Source of the DNA: Nitriliruptoraceae bacterium
GTDB lineage: Bacteria > Actinomycetota > Nitriliruptoria > Nitriliruptorales > Nitriliruptoraceae
Assembly: GCA_040880235.1 (NCBI GenBank)
Contig: JBBDIX010000073.1
Coordinates: forward strand, 7,392-71,391
Reading direction: 5' to 3'
DNA length: 64,000 bases
The notes under the pieces were generated by a model that ran no database searches, was not told the origin of the DNA, and was given only the letters and a program-made list of their open reading frames with translations. Positions 49,200-61,796 of the stretch are shown here, piece by piece. The translations under genes were made by a program, and so were the position numbers. Position 1 is the first letter of the stretch, and each line of letters starts with the position of its first letter.

Positions 49200-51025
49200 C
49201 GGACCGGGCGACCGGAGCATCGTCCGGCGGTCACCTGCGTCGCGGCCTGCGTGTCGTGGGTGTCGCCCTGCGTGGGGCGAAGGGTCCGTTCGCGGTCGGG
49301 ATCGGCGGCGCGGTCCTCTACGCCGGCATGACCGTCGCGGCGTCGCTCGTGCTCGGCTGGATCACCGACGACGTCCTGCTCGCCACCGCAGTGGCCGGCC
49401 GGGTCGACGGGACCCTGCTGGGGTTCGCGGTCCTGGCGATCCTCGGTGTCGCCCTGTTCAAGGCGATCGGGGTCGCGGGTCGCCGGTACGGCGCCTACGT
49501 GGCGCAGTACACGCTGCAGTCCACCCACCGTCGGCTCGTCACTCGCCAGTACCTCGACCTTCCCCTGTCCTGGCACCGGCGGCATCCCACCGGCACGCTG
49601 CTGTCGAACGCGAACTCGGACGTGGAGTCGGCGTTCTTCCTCGCAGCCCCGTTGCCGATGGCGGTCGGTGCCACCGTGCTGGTGGTGGTGACCGGGGTGC
49701 TGCTCGCCGTCACCGATCCCTTCCTCGCGGCGGTCGGGTTCTCGGTGGTCCCCCTGCTCGCTGCCGCGAACTGGCACTACCAGAAGCGGATGCGCACGGC
49801 GGCGACGCGGGCCCAGCAGGGCCGTGCGGACGTCGCACAGACCGCCCACGAGTCGTTCGACGCCGCCCTGATGGTCAAGACCCTCGGGCGTGAGGACGCG
49901 GAGACCCGTCGGTTCGCCGACCGTTCCGAGGAACTGCGCGACCGCATGGTCACCGTCGGACGCCTCCGCGCGCACTTCGACCCGATCATCGAGGCGTTGC
50001 CGAACGTCGGGATCCTGCTGGTGCTCGTGGTCGGTTCCGCACGTGTGCGTGACGGTGCGCTGACGCCGGGGGACCTCGTCCTGTTCGCCTACCTGTTCCG
50101 CCTGCTGGCCCTGCCCATCCGGGTCTTCGGCTGGATGCTCGGGGAGATGCCTCGGGCGATCGTCGGCTGGGGACGGGTCGAACGGGTGCTCGGTGCCACG
50201 GGTCGCCTGTCGTGGGGCGACGAGGTGGTCACCGGCGAGGGGCCTGCGTCCACCGACCTGCAGGGCGTCGGGTTCCGGTACCCGACCGCGGTGCACGACG
50301 ACCTGTCGCGGGAGGAGCCCGACGACGCGACGACCTGGACGTCACGGGGCGTGACCGACGTCGACCTGACCATCGAGCCGGGACGCACGGTTGCGATCGT
50401 CGGACCCACCGGGTCGGGCAAGTCCACGATCGCGTCTCTGCTGCTGCGGCTGCTCGACCCGGACACCGGGCGTGTCCTGCTCGACGGACGAGACCTCAGG
50501 CAGGTGACCGAGCCGACCGTGTCCGACAACGCCGCGATCGTCTTCCAGGACCCGTTCCTGTTCGACGACACGGTGCGGGAGAACATCACCCTGGGCGACG
50601 ACCTGGGAGACGAGGAGGTGCGGGCTGCGGCCCGCCTCGCTCGGGCCGACGAGTTCGTCACCGCACTCGACCACGGATACGACACGCAGATCGGTGAGCG
50701 GGGAGCGACCCTGTCGGGTGGTCAGCGGCAGCGCATCGCCCTGGCCCGCGCGCTCGTGCGGCGACCACGGCTGCTCGTCCTCGACGACGCGACGTCGGCA
50801 GTCGACCCCACCGTGGAGTCCGAGATCCTGCGGGGCCTCGCCGAGTCGGGCCTCGACACGACGGTCGTCATCGTCGCGTCGCGTCTCGGGTCGATCCTGC
50901 TCGCCGACGAGTCGGTGTACGTCGCCGACGGGCGTGTGGTGGCCCACGGTCCCCACGACCAGATGGTGCGCGACGTCGAGGGCTACCGGGCGCTCGTGAC
51001 CGCCTACACACGAGGGCCCGCATGA
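49196..51025 (+). CDS. ABC transporter, fused permease/ATP-binding subunit (exporter type)
   Basis: Six TM helices are followed by GPTGSGKST (Walker A), LSGGQRQRIALARAL (signature) and LLVLDDATSAVD (Walker B). The GTG overlaps the rne stop. Confidence 0.9.
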   Translation: MTDRATGASSGGHLRRGLRVVGVALRGAKGPFAVGIGGAVLYAGMTVAASLVLGWITDDVLLATAVAGRVDGTLLGFAVLAILGVALFKAIGVAGRRYGAYVAQYTLQSTHRRLVTRQYLDLPLSWHRRHPTGTLLSNANSDVESAFFLAAPLPMAVGATVLVVVTGVLLAVTDPFLAAVGFSVVPLLAAANWHYQKRMRTAATRAQQGRADVAQTAHESFDAALMVKTLGREDAETRRFADRSEELRDRMVTVGRLRAHFDPIIEALPNVGILLVLVVGSARVRDGALTPGDLVLFAYLFRLLALPIRVFGWMLGEMPRAIVGWGRVERVLGATGRLSWGDEVVTGEGPASTDLQGVGFRYPTAVHDDLSREEPDDATTWTSRGVTDVDLTIEPGRTVAIVGPTGSGKSTIASLLLRLLDPDTGRVLLDGRDLRQVTEPTVSDNAAIVFQDPFLFDDTVRENITLGDDLGDEEVRAAARLARADEFVTALDHGYDTQIGERGATLSGGQRQRIALARALVRRPRLLVLDDATSAVDPTVESEILRGLAESGLDTTVVIVASRLGSILLADESVYVADGRVVAHGPHDQMVRDVEGYRALVTAYTRGPA

Positions 51026-52824
51026 GCCCCGGCCGCAACCCCGGAGCCTGGCGCACCCTCGTGCGGGGCGTGTCGCTGAGTCCGCGACTGCGACGGGGAC
51101 TGCCGTTCACGCTCGCCCTGGCCCTCATCGCGACCGCCGGGCGGGCGATCGTGCCCATCGCCGTGCAGCAGACCATCGACGACGGGCTCGGTGGGGCCGA
51201 GGGTGCCGCGGACCTCACCGTGGTCACCACCATCATCGCCTGGGCGGCCGTCGCCGTCGCGACCACCGCGATCGCGAGCGGCTGGATGAACTACCGGCTC
51301 GCCAGCGTGGTCGAGGGCGCCCTGTCCGACCTGCGTGTGGCGGCGTTCCGCCACATCCACGACCTGTCGATGCTGCACCAGGCGAGCCAGCAGCGGGGGT
51401 CGCTGGTGAGTCGGGTCACCAGTGACGTCGACGAGATCAGTCGGTTCATGCAGTGGGCCGGTCTCAACCTCGTCACGGCCATCGGCCAGCTGTCGGTCGC
51501 GACGATCGTGATGACGTTCTACTCGTGGCGCCTCACGCTCGTGGTGCTCGTCGTGTTCCTGCCGTTCGTGTTCGTCGGGCGCTGGTTCCAGCGACGCCTG
51601 ACCGCCGCGTACGTGATCGTGCGGGAGAACGTCGGGCGACTGCTCGGCGTGATCGCCGAGTCGGTCGTCGGGGCCGCGGTCGTACGGGCGTACGGGGTGC
51701 GAGGCCGCACCCAGCAACGGATCGACGACGCGATCGAACGGCACCGCTGGTCGGCGGTGCGTGCGGGGAGCTACGTGTCGGGCTTCTCCGCGTCTGGCGA
51801 GGTGTTCGGCGCCGTCGCGACGGCCGCGGTCGTGTTCACGGGGGTACTGCTGGGGGTCGACGGGTCCGTGACCCCGGGCACCGTGATCGCCTTCCTGTTC
51901 CTCATCTCCCTGTTCGTCGACCCCGTCCTCATCGCCGGTGAGGTCATCAACGAGGGGCAGACCGCCATCGCCGGGTGGCGGCGCGTGCTCGACGTGCTCG
52001 ACCGGGAGCCCGACGTCGTCGACCCGGGTCCCGAAGGTCGACGCATCGGCCCCGGACCGGTCGACATCCGGTTCGAGGGCGTGTGGTTTCGCTACCCGAT
52101 GCCCGGCGAGACGGTCGCGACCGCGTCCGGTGTGTGGGTGCTCGAGGACGTGGATCTCCACGTCGAACCGGGGCAGCACGTGGCTGTGGTCGGAGCGACC
52201 GGTTCGGGCAAGACGACCTTTGCCAAGCTGCTGGTCCGGCTGATGGATCCGGTCCGGGGCCGGGTGCGGCTCTCCGGGGTGCCGGCGGACGAGGTGCCGT
52301 TCTCCGACCTGCGCCGGCGCGTCGTCATGGTTCCGCAGGACGGGACGCTGTTCGACGGGACCATCGCCGACAACGTGCGCATGGGTCGCGACCACCTCGA
52401 CGACGACGCCGTGCACGGGGCCTTCGCGGATCTCGACCTGAGCGACTGGATCGACGAGCTCGACGACGGGATCCACACCCCGGTCGGGGAACGGGGCAGC
52501 GCCCTGTCCGCGGGAGAACGCCAGCTCGTCGCCCTCGCACGCGCGCGCGTCGCCGACCCGGACCTGCTCGTGCTCGATGAGGCGACCTCGGCCGTCGACC
52601 CGGTCACCGACGTGCGTCTGCAGGGTGCGCTCGACCGGTTGACCGCCGGGCGCACCACGGTCACCATCGCGCATCGGCTCGCGACAGCGCAGCGCGCTGA
52701 CCGGGTGTTCGTGTTCGACGCGGGGCGCATCGTCCAGCGAGGCACCCACTCCGAACTGGTGGGCGAGGGGACCTACGGGCGCCTGCACGACAGCTGGGTC
52801 GGCGGGACCTCGGCGGGTCGCTGA
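51022..52824 (+). CDS. ABC transporter, fused permease/ATP-binding subunit (exporter type), heterodimer partner
   Basis: Diagnostic motifs are GATGSGKTT, LSAGERQLVALARA and LLVLDEATSAVD. The ATG overlaps the upstream stop (ATGA). Confidence 0.9.
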   Translation: MSPGRNPGAWRTLVRGVSLSPRLRRGLPFTLALALIATAGRAIVPIAVQQTIDDGLGGAEGAADLTVVTTIIAWAAVAVATTAIASGWMNYRLASVVEGALSDLRVAAFRHIHDLSMLHQASQQRGSLVSRVTSDVDEISRFMQWAGLNLVTAIGQLSVATIVMTFYSWRLTLVVLVVFLPFVFVGRWFQRRLTAAYVIVRENVGRLLGVIAESVVGAAVVRAYGVRGRTQQRIDDAIERHRWSAVRAGSYVSGFSASGEVFGAVATAAVVFTGVLLGVDGSVTPGTVIAFLFLISLFVDPVLIAGEVINEGQTAIAGWRRVLDVLDREPDVVDPGPEGRRIGPGPVDIRFEGVWFRYPMPGETVATASGVWVLEDVDLHVEPGQHVAVVGATGSGKTTFAKLLVRLMDPVRGRVRLSGVPADEVPFSDLRRRVVMVPQDGTLFDGTIADNVRMGRDHLDDDAVHGAFADLDLSDWIDELDDGIHTPVGERGSALSAGERQLVALARARVADPDLLVLDEATSAVDPVTDVRLQGALDRLTAGRTTVTIAHRLATAQRADRVFVFDAGRIVQRGTHSELVGEGTYGRLHDSWVGGTSAGR

Positions 52825-52868
52825 GGCAGACAGGACACGACGCGTGTCCGGCAGGAGGATCGACGAAC

Positions 52869-54614
52869 GTGGACACCGCACCCGACGTGACGGTCACCGA
52901 CACGCCACCCGAGCTGCGCGACGAGGCCCTCGCGACGCTGCGGGCGCATGCGGACGACTGGGCACGTGAGGACGCCGTCGTGCGCATCGCGCTGCTCGAC
53001 GAACTGCGGATGACCACACTCGCCGCGGCACGGCCATGGGTCGGTGCCCTCGCGCAGGCCAAGGGTCACCCCGACGACCCGGTCGTGCGCGGGGAGGAGT
53101 GGATCGCGGGCATCCTGCCGGTCCTGCGCAACCTGCTCCTGCTGCGCACCACCCTCGACGATGTGGTCCGGACCGGTGGTCCGCGTCCTCCCGCAACGTC
53201 ACGGGGCGCAGACGGTGCCGTGCGGGTCGCCCTGTTGCCTGCTCATCGCCTCGATGCGCTGCTGGTGCCGGGGTTCACCGCGCAGGCACGCCTGACCGCA
53301 GACGTCGACGAGGCCAGCGTCACGGGGCCAGGGCGAGACACCCGCGCGGGTCACGATCCGGCGACGGGCGAGGTCCGCGGTGAGGTCGCCCTGGTACTCG
53401 GGGCCGGAAACGTCGCGTCGATCGCGCCGATGGACGTGCTCCACCAGCTGTTCGTGGAACGTCGCGTGGTCCTGCTCAAGCCCAGCCCCGTGTGCCCCTG
53501 GCTCGGCGCGCACCTGGCGGAGGCCTTCGAGCCCCTCGTCCGTCGCGGCGTGCTGAGGATCGTGCAGGGAGGTGCCGAGGTCGGCGAGGCCCTCATCGGC
53601 CATCCTGAGATCAACGCCGTGCACCTGACCGGCTCGGCGGACACGCACGGGCGCGTGCTTGCGTCCGTGCGCCAGCGCCCTGACGCGGCCGACGTGCCGG
53701 TGACGGCGGAACTGGGCAGCGTCACCCCGGTGATCGTCGTGCCGGGCCCCTGGTCGCGGTCCGACCTTCGCCACCAGGGACACAACATCGCATCGATGCT
53801 GGTGAACAACGCGGGCTACAACTGCGTGTCCGCCCGTGCGCTGATCGGCCACCGGTCGTGGTCGGGTCGGCGGGCCCTGCTCGAGGCCGTGCGGTCGTCG
53901 CTGGCCGAGGCCAGGCCGCGCGTCGGCTGGTATCCGGGAGCACGCGAACAGTGGCACGAACTGGTCGACGGTGATCCCAGGGCGCGGTTCGTGGGGCCCA
54001 CCGAGGAGCCGTGGATCCCGTGGACGCTGCTGGCCGGGCTCGGAGCCGACGACGTCGACCACCCGCTGTTCACCGGGGAGGTGTTCGCCCCGATCCTCGG
54101 CGAGGTGGAACTCGACGTCGGGCGGTCGGTGCCCGACTTCCTCGACGCCGCGGTCGACCTGTGCAACGACGACCTGTGGGGCACGCTCGCCGTGACGATC
54201 ATCGTGCATCCCCGTTCGCTCGTCGACGCCGCCGTCGCCGTCGCCGTGGAACGGGCGATCGACCGCCTGCGCTACGGCACGGTCCTCGTCAACCACCATC
54301 CGGGGGTCGCCTTCGGGCTCGGATGCACACCATGGGGGGCCGCACCGGCCCCCGTCGACGACGATGTGCCGGCCGGCGACGCGCGTGGCCCGTCGAGCGG
54401 GACGGACTCGGGGCTCGGGTTCGTTCATGACACGTACCTGCTGCGCGACGTGGAGAAGGTCGTGGTCCGAGGGCCCTTCCGCCCGCGGATCACCCCGATC
54501 TGGTTCCACACGCGGCGTGGCACGGACCGGCTGGGCGAGCGTGCCGCCCGACTTCTGGCGTCAGATGACCCTCGCCACCTGCCCGCCGTGCTGCTCGAGG
54601 CCGTGCGAGGTTGA
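52869..54614 (+). CDS. Aldehyde dehydrogenase superfamily protein (long, 581 aa)
   Basis: Diagnostic motifs are LVLGAGNVASI, VLLKPSP, HLTGSADTH, ELGSVTPVIV (catalytic Glu region) and NAGYNCVSA (catalytic Cys region). GTG start. Confidence 0.75.
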   Translation: MDTAPDVTVTDTPPELRDEALATLRAHADDWAREDAVVRIALLDELRMTTLAAARPWVGALAQAKGHPDDPVVRGEEWIAGILPVLRNLLLLRTTLDDVVRTGGPRPPATSRGADGAVRVALLPAHRLDALLVPGFTAQARLTADVDEASVTGPGRDTRAGHDPATGEVRGEVALVLGAGNVASIAPMDVLHQLFVERRVVLLKPSPVCPWLGAHLAEAFEPLVRRGVLRIVQGGAEVGEALIGHPEINAVHLTGSADTHGRVLASVRQRPDAADVPVTAELGSVTPVIVVPGPWSRSDLRHQGHNIASMLVNNAGYNCVSARALIGHRSWSGRRALLEAVRSSLAEARPRVGWYPGAREQWHELVDGDPRARFVGPTEEPWIPWTLLAGLGADDVDHPLFTGEVFAPILGEVELDVGRSVPDFLDAAVDLCNDDLWGTLAVTIIVHPRSLVDAAVAVAVERAIDRLRYGTVLVNHHPGVAFGLGCTPWGAAPAPVDDDVPAGDARGPSSGTDSGLGFVHDTYLLRDVEKVVVRGPFRPRITPIWFHTRRGTDRLGERAARLLASDDPRHLPAVLLEAVRG

Positions 54615-54841
54615 CCCCCCCGGCTCGGGGCGGGTACCTTCTGACGTCCGCGACGTGCTCCCCGCTCGTCGTGGTGCCACGAGATGCTGCAGTCGCCGGG
54701 CTCGCGTGCCCGACGACCGTCGGCTCCAGCCCGTCGTACGACTCCGTTGGCGTTCGCTCACGATCCTGCGTGGCCGTCGGATCGTGCTGCGTCGCTCGAC
54801 CAGCATGACGCCAGTACGCGGGGTGAGTCCAGGAGGATCAG

Positions 54842-55141
54842 GTGTACGCCGTCATCGCCACAGGTGGAAAGCAGTACCGGGTAGAGACCGGTCAGCAGAT
54901 CACCGTCGAGAAGCTCGACGGTGAGATCGGCGACCGGGTCACGCTGCCCGCCGTCATGGTCGTCGACGGGGAGGACGTCACCGTCGGCGGAGGGGTCGAG
55001 GGTCGGTCGGTGACCGCGACGATCACCGGACACGACAAGGCGCCGCGCATCCGCGTCTTCACCTACAAGAACAAGTCCCGCCAGCACAAGCGGCGCGGAC
55101 ACCGTCAGCACCGCACGAACCTTCGGATCGACGCGATCTGA
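54842..55141 (+). CDS. rplU: 50S ribosomal protein L21
   Basis: The protein reads [25 protein letters not shown]...[20 protein letters not shown] start. Confidence 0.95.
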   Translation: MYAVIATGGKQYRVETGQQITVEKLDGEIGDRVTLPAVMVVDGEDVTVGGGVEGRSVTATITGHDKAPRIRVFTYKNKSRQHKRRGHRQHRTNLRIDAI

Positions 55142-55201
55142 CCAGACAGCACCGCGTGTCCGACGCCTGAGGGCAGGGCACGCCGGCGAGGAGAACCGGA
55201 C

Positions 55202-55459
55202 ATGGCGACCAAGAAGGGCGGCGGCTCGTCCAACAACGGGCGCGACTCCAACGCGAAGCGTCTCGGGGTCAAGCGGTTCGGCGGCGAGGCCGTGACCGCC
55301 GGCAGCATCATCGTTCGTCAACGCGGCACGAAGATCCACCCCGGATCCAACGTGGGCCGCGGGGGCGACGACACCCTGTTCTCGCTGGTGGACGGCGCCG
55401 TGCGCTTCCACAAGGCGGGTGGACGCACGACGGCGCACGTGGACCCGGTCCAGGTCTAG
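55202..55459 (+). CDS. rpmA: 50S ribosomal protein L27
   Basis: The protein reads [48 protein letters not shown]. Confidence 0.95.
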   Translation: MATKKGGGSSNNGRDSNAKRLGVKRFGGEAVTAGSIIVRQRGTKIHPGSNVGRGGDDTLFSLVDGAVRFHKAGGRTTAHVDPVQV

Positions 55460-58077
<2,618 letters not shown>

Positions 58078-58087
58078 CCCGCGTCGG

Positions 58088-59437
58088 TCACCAGGGCTGG
58101 TCGCCCGGCAGGCAGAAGTCGTCGAGCAGCACGACGCGCCGCCCGGCGCGTTCGAGCAGCGAGCCGGCGACGGTCGCCCGGTTGCCGGTGGCGCAGTACA
58201 CCCACACCTCTGTCTCGGCGGGGACCTCGTCCACCCGTCCGTCGAGTTCGTAGAACGGCACGTGCAGGGCGCGGGGGTGGTGGCTCGCGTCCCACTCCCA
58301 CCGTTCGCGCACGTCGAGCACGGTGAGTGGTGTGTCGCCGTCGAGCGCCGTCGCGAGATCGGTGAACGAACCGACCCGCCAGGACACGCGGTCGCTTCCG
58401 GCCCCGGCGTCGTCGATGCCGTTGCCGTTGGCGCCGGCAGGATGGTCCAGTCCGATGCGGGCGAGCATCCGCTGGGCCTCGGTGACGTCGTCGTCGCGGT
58501 CGCCGATCAGCACGAACGGCACGTCCCACGGGATGATCCAGCCGAGGTAGGTGGGCAGGTCGTCGCGCAGTTCCACGTTGACGGTGCCCCGCACGTGGTC
58601 GTGGGCGAACGCGCGGCGCTGGCGCAGGTCGACCACCCAGTGTCCCTGGGCGATGGCCTCGCGGATCTGCGCGGCGTCGAACGGTCGCGGAGGCGACAGG
58701 TCGATGGGGGCGGCGCCCTTCGCGTTGGTCGGTCCCATGTGCGCGTAGTACCGCGGGTACGGATGCAGCCCGGCCAGCAGCTGCTCGACGAACGCGTCCT
58801 CGTCCAGCAGCAGGGCGGGGTTGCGTGTCCGTTCGTCGCCGACGGTGCCCTCGCGCAGCACGTCCTCGGTCACCGAGGCGCAGTGGCTGCCGAATCCGTG
58901 GGTGGGGTGCACGACGGTGTCGTCGGGCAACCGCTCGGCCAGGCGGCGTGCGGAGCGGTGCTGAGCGCGGCTGAGCGTGTCGGTCAGTTCGGGCGAGATC
59001 AGGTCCGGGCGCCCGACGGCGGCGTAGAGCAGGCTCCCTCCGGTGAACACGGCCTGCGGGCCGTCGGGGCCGTGCAGCACCCACGACACGTGGTTCGGGG
59101 TGTGTCCGGGAGTCGCGACCGCCTCGAGTTCGATCTCTCCGGAGGTGATGCGGTCGCCGTCATGTACCGGCACGTGGTCGAACGTGACCGCCTCGCCGTC
59201 GGCGACCAGGTAGGCCGCGCCGGTGCGCGCACACAGGTCGAGGCCGCCCGACACGTAGTCGTTGTGCACGTGGGTCTCGAGCACGTGGGTGATGGTCAGC
59301 CCGCGTTCTGTGATGCACTGCAGCACCCGGTCGACGTCGCGCTGGGGGTCGATCACCACGGCCATGTGCCCGTCGGTGATCACGTGGCTGCGGTCACCCA
59401 GGCTCGGGGTCTCGATCGTGTGCACCTCGACGGTCAC
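58088..59437 (-). CDS. MBL-fold metallo-hydrolase fused to two rhodanese domains (persulfide dioxygenase / sulfurtransferase-like)
   Basis: The MBL motif is LETHVHNDYVSG, with ATPGHTPNH also present. The first rhodanese domain lacks an active Cys. The second has the CATGNR active-site loop. GTG 59437 (AAGGG upstream) lies 2 nt after the tusA stop. Confidence 0.85.
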   Translation of the reverse strand: MTVEVHTIETPSLGDRSHVITDGHMAVVIDPQRDVDRVLQCITERGLTITHVLETHVHNDYVSGGLDLCARTGAAYLVADGEAVTFDHVPVHDGDRITSGEIELEAVATPGHTPNHVSWVLHGPDGPQAVFTGGSLLYAAVGRPDLISPELTDTLSRAQHRSARRLAERLPDDTVVHPTHGFGSHCASVTEDVLREGTVGDERTRNPALLLDEDAFVEQLLAGLHPYPRYYAHMGPTNAKGAAPIDLSPPRPFDAAQIREAIAQGHWVVDLRQRRAFAHDHVRGTVNVELRDDLPTYLGWIIPWDVPFVLIGDRDDDVTEAQRMLARIGLDHPAGANGNGIDDAGAGSDRVSWRVGSFTDLATALDGDTPLTVLDVRERWEWDASHHPRALHVPFYELDGRVDEVPAETEVWVYCATGNRATVAGSLLERAGRRVVLLDDFCLPGDQPW

Positions 59438-59439
59438 GA

Positions 59440-59670
59440 TCAGCCCTTCTCGATGAGGAAGACGAAGCGGCCGTCCTCCTCGCGCTGTTCGACCAGCCGG
59501 TTGCCGGTGCCCTCGGCCCACGCGGGAATGTCGCCGAGCGACCCCCGGTCGGTGGAGATGACCTCGAGCACCTGGCCCGACTCGATCTGGTCGATCGCCT
59601 GGCGGGCGCGCACCACCGGCATCGGACAGGCGAGTCCGCTCGCGTCGAGGGTGCGGGTGACCTCTGGCAT
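59440..59670 (-). CDS. tusA: TusA-family sulfurtransferase (sulfur carrier)
   Basis: The 76-aa protein reads LDASGLACPMPVVRARQAI, which contains the CPxP motif. Confidence 0.85.
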   Translation of the reverse strand: MPEVTRTLDASGLACPMPVVRARQAIDQIESGQVLEVISTDRGSLGDIPAWAEGTGNRLVEQREEDGRFVFLIEKG

Positions 59671-59726
59671 GGTGTCCTCCTGGTCGCGGGGTCGGACGGT
59701 GATGGCAGGGGAGGGTCGCGTGGCGT

Positions 59727-60200
59727 TCAGATGAAGAGCTGGATGTCGGCGTTCTTCATCTCGGCGACGGCTGCGGCGGCGCCGAGCGGCTCCTCGAGTC
59801 CGTCGATCAGGTCGGAGCGTTCGAGGCCCATCAGGTCCATGGTCATCTGGCAGGGCGCGATGCGCACGCCGAGCTCACGGGCGATGCCCATGAGCTCGTC
59901 GGGTGGGGCCACGCCCTTGCGCCGGGCGATGCGACGCATCATCTTCGGTCCGGCACCACCGACGTTCAGGTGGCTGAGGCGCTCGTTGTTCATGACGCCG
60001 AGCATCCGGGTCATCCAGTCCTCGCCGGTGATGCGGACCTCAGGCCGCTTGAGGGGATACAGGCCCCAGAACGTGCAGAACAGCATCACGTCCATGCCGT
60101 AGGCGGCGCCGGTCGTGGCCAGGATGTACTGGGGCCACACCCGGTCGAGGTCGCCGGAGAAGCACACGATGGTCATGCTGCCCGGGTCGGAGGTCTCCAT
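59727..60200 (-). CDS. DsrE/DsrF/DrsH-like sulfur-relay family protein
   Basis: The protein reads MTIVCFSGDLDRVWPQYILATTGAAYGMDVMLFCTFWGL...IAPCQMTMDLMGL. The ATG at 60200 follows GAGGGAG. Confidence 0.8.
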   Translation of the reverse strand: METSDPGSMTIVCFSGDLDRVWPQYILATTGAAYGMDVMLFCTFWGLYPLKRPEVRITGEDWMTRMLGVMNNERLSHLNVGGAGPKMMRRIARRKGVAPPDELMGIARELGVRIAPCQMTMDLMGLERSDLIDGLEEPLGAAAAVAEMKNADIQLFI

Positions 60201-60339
60201 CCACGTCTCCCTCGTCGGTGTCCACTGCGCTCCCACGCGTGCGGATGTTCGCACATGCGCATGCACGCATCAAGTGCGCGGCTGGTGTGCACGTCGGCCG
60301 GGATCACGGCCGGGACCAGGCTCGCGATAGCCTCCCCCC

Positions 60340-60687
60340 ATGGATCAGGCGCCCACGACCGTCGACGAGGGGCTGCGCGAGGAGATCGCGCAGCTGACCT
60401 CGAGCATGTGCCAGGCGCTCAACGACCCCAAGAGGATCCTGATCATGTACGTGCTCGTCGATGGACGCATGACCGTGTCCGACCTGTGCACGGTCGTGGG
60501 TGCGTCCCAGTCCAACGTCAGTCAGCACCTGGCCGTGCTGCGCGAACGGGGGCTGGTCACCGCCGAGCGCGAGGGGTCCAACGTCCGCTACTCCCTGCGC
60601 CACCCGAGAGTCCTCGAGGCGATCGACATCCTGCGCGGGATCCAGTCGGACGAGTTCGCCCGTCGGCAGGGCCTCGTGGCGAACTGA
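60340..60687 (+). CDS. ArsR/SmtB-family transcriptional regulator (BigR/SqrR-like candidate persulfide sensor)
   Basis: The winged-HTH region reads CQALNDPKRILIMYVL...MTVSDLCTVVGASQSNVSQHLAVLRERGLV...REGSNVRYSL. The gene is divergent from the DsrE-TusA-MBL/rhodanese genes. Confidence 0.85.
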   Translation: MDQAPTTVDEGLREEIAQLTSSMCQALNDPKRILIMYVLVDGRMTVSDLCTVVGASQSNVSQHLAVLRERGLVTAEREGSNVRYSLRHPRVLEAIDILRGIQSDEFARRQGLVAN

Positions 60688-60720
60688 GCCGCTCGTCACC
60701 CACCGGTGGGTCGTCGTGAC

Positions 60721-61689
60721 TCAGGGCGTGAGCAGCAGCTTGCCGCTGGTCGTCCCCGACTCGAGCGCGCGCTGGGCGTCGGCGGCGTCCGCCAGGGGCA
60801 GGCGGTCGTGGACGTGGACGTCGAGGTTCCCGGCGGCGATCTGCTCCAGCACGGCGTGTGCACGCCACTCCAGTTCACTGTGCGTGCGCGTGTGGTGGCC
60901 GAGGATCGGACGCGTGACGAACAGCGACCCGTGCTGTGCGAGTCGCAACAGGTCGAACGGTTCGACGCGTCCGGACGACTGGCCGTACAGGACCAGCATG
61001 CCTCGGGGGCGCAGGCTCGCCAGCGACGCGTCGAAGGTGGTGCGCCCCACCGAGTCGTACACGACGTCGACGCCGTGCCCGTCGGTGAGTTCACGCACCG
61101 TCGCCGCGACGTCGACATCGCGGTAGGCGATGACCTCGTCGGCTCCCAGTGTCCGCACCGCGGCGGCCTTCTCCGGCGTCGACGTGCAGGCCAGCACGCG
61201 CGCCCCCCGCCGCTTCGCCATCTGCACGAGCAGGCGCCCGACGCCTCCCGCCGCCGCGTACACGAGTGCGGTGTGGTCCGAGCCGAGGGCGAAGGTGGAG
61301 TGGGTCAGGTAGTGGGCCGTGATGCCCTGCAGCATCGAGGCGGCCGCCAGTGCGGGATCGACACCCTGCGGGACCCGCACGAGGCGGTCGGCGCCGACCT
61401 TGACCAGCGTCGCGTAGGAACCCTGCCCGTCGGCCCACGCGACCGTGTCGCCGACGTGCACCGAGGTGACGTCGCGACCGATCGCCCGCACGATCCCGGA
61501 CCCCTCGAGCCCGAGCACCACCGGAAGTTCGACGGGGTACAGGCCGGTGCGCTGGTAGCAGTCGATGAAGTTCACGCCTGCGGCGGTGACCTCGACCAGT
61601 GCGTCGTCGGGTCCCGGGGTGGGATCGTCTGCCTCGACGAAGTCCAGCACCTCGGGTCCACCAGTACGGGTGATCCTGACGGCGTGCAC
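60721..61689 (-). CDS. qor: NADPH:quinone oxidoreductase (zeta-crystallin-like MDR family)
   Basis: Diagnostic motifs are VHAVRITRTGGPEVL...VNFIDCYQRTGLYP and AAAGGVGRLLVQMAK. I chose GTG 61689; the ORF extends to 61719. Confidence 0.85.
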   Translation of the reverse strand: MHAVRITRTGGPEVLDFVEADDPTPGPDDALVEVTAAGVNFIDCYQRTGLYPVELPVVLGLEGSGIVRAIGRDVTSVHVGDTVAWADGQGSYATLVKVGADRLVRVPQGVDPALAAASMLQGITAHYLTHSTFALGSDHTALVYAAAGGVGRLLVQMAKRRGARVLACTSTPEKAAAVRTLGADEVIAYRDVDVAATVRELTDGHGVDVVYDSVGRTTFDASLASLRPRGMLVLYGQSSGRVEPFDLLRLAQHGSLFVTRPILGHHTRTHSELEWRAHAVLEQIAAGNLDVHVHDRLPLADAADAQRALESGTTSGKLLLTP

Positions 61690-61796
61690 CGTGTTCCCTG
61701 ACGTCGGCCGTGACGGCACGACCGTAGCGCCCGACGAGTGGTCGTCCGGTCTGTGGGTGCCGTAGCCTCACGTCGCCATCGTCGTTCGAGGTCACC

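Noticed and set aside
60255-60270. ATGCG-CATGCA-CGCAT as a definite ArsR operator.
   Set aside because: The arms are only 5 bp and the element lies partly within the alternative long reading of the dsrE-like ORF. It is too weak to call as a feature and is mentioned only as a candidate in the sulfur-operon finding.
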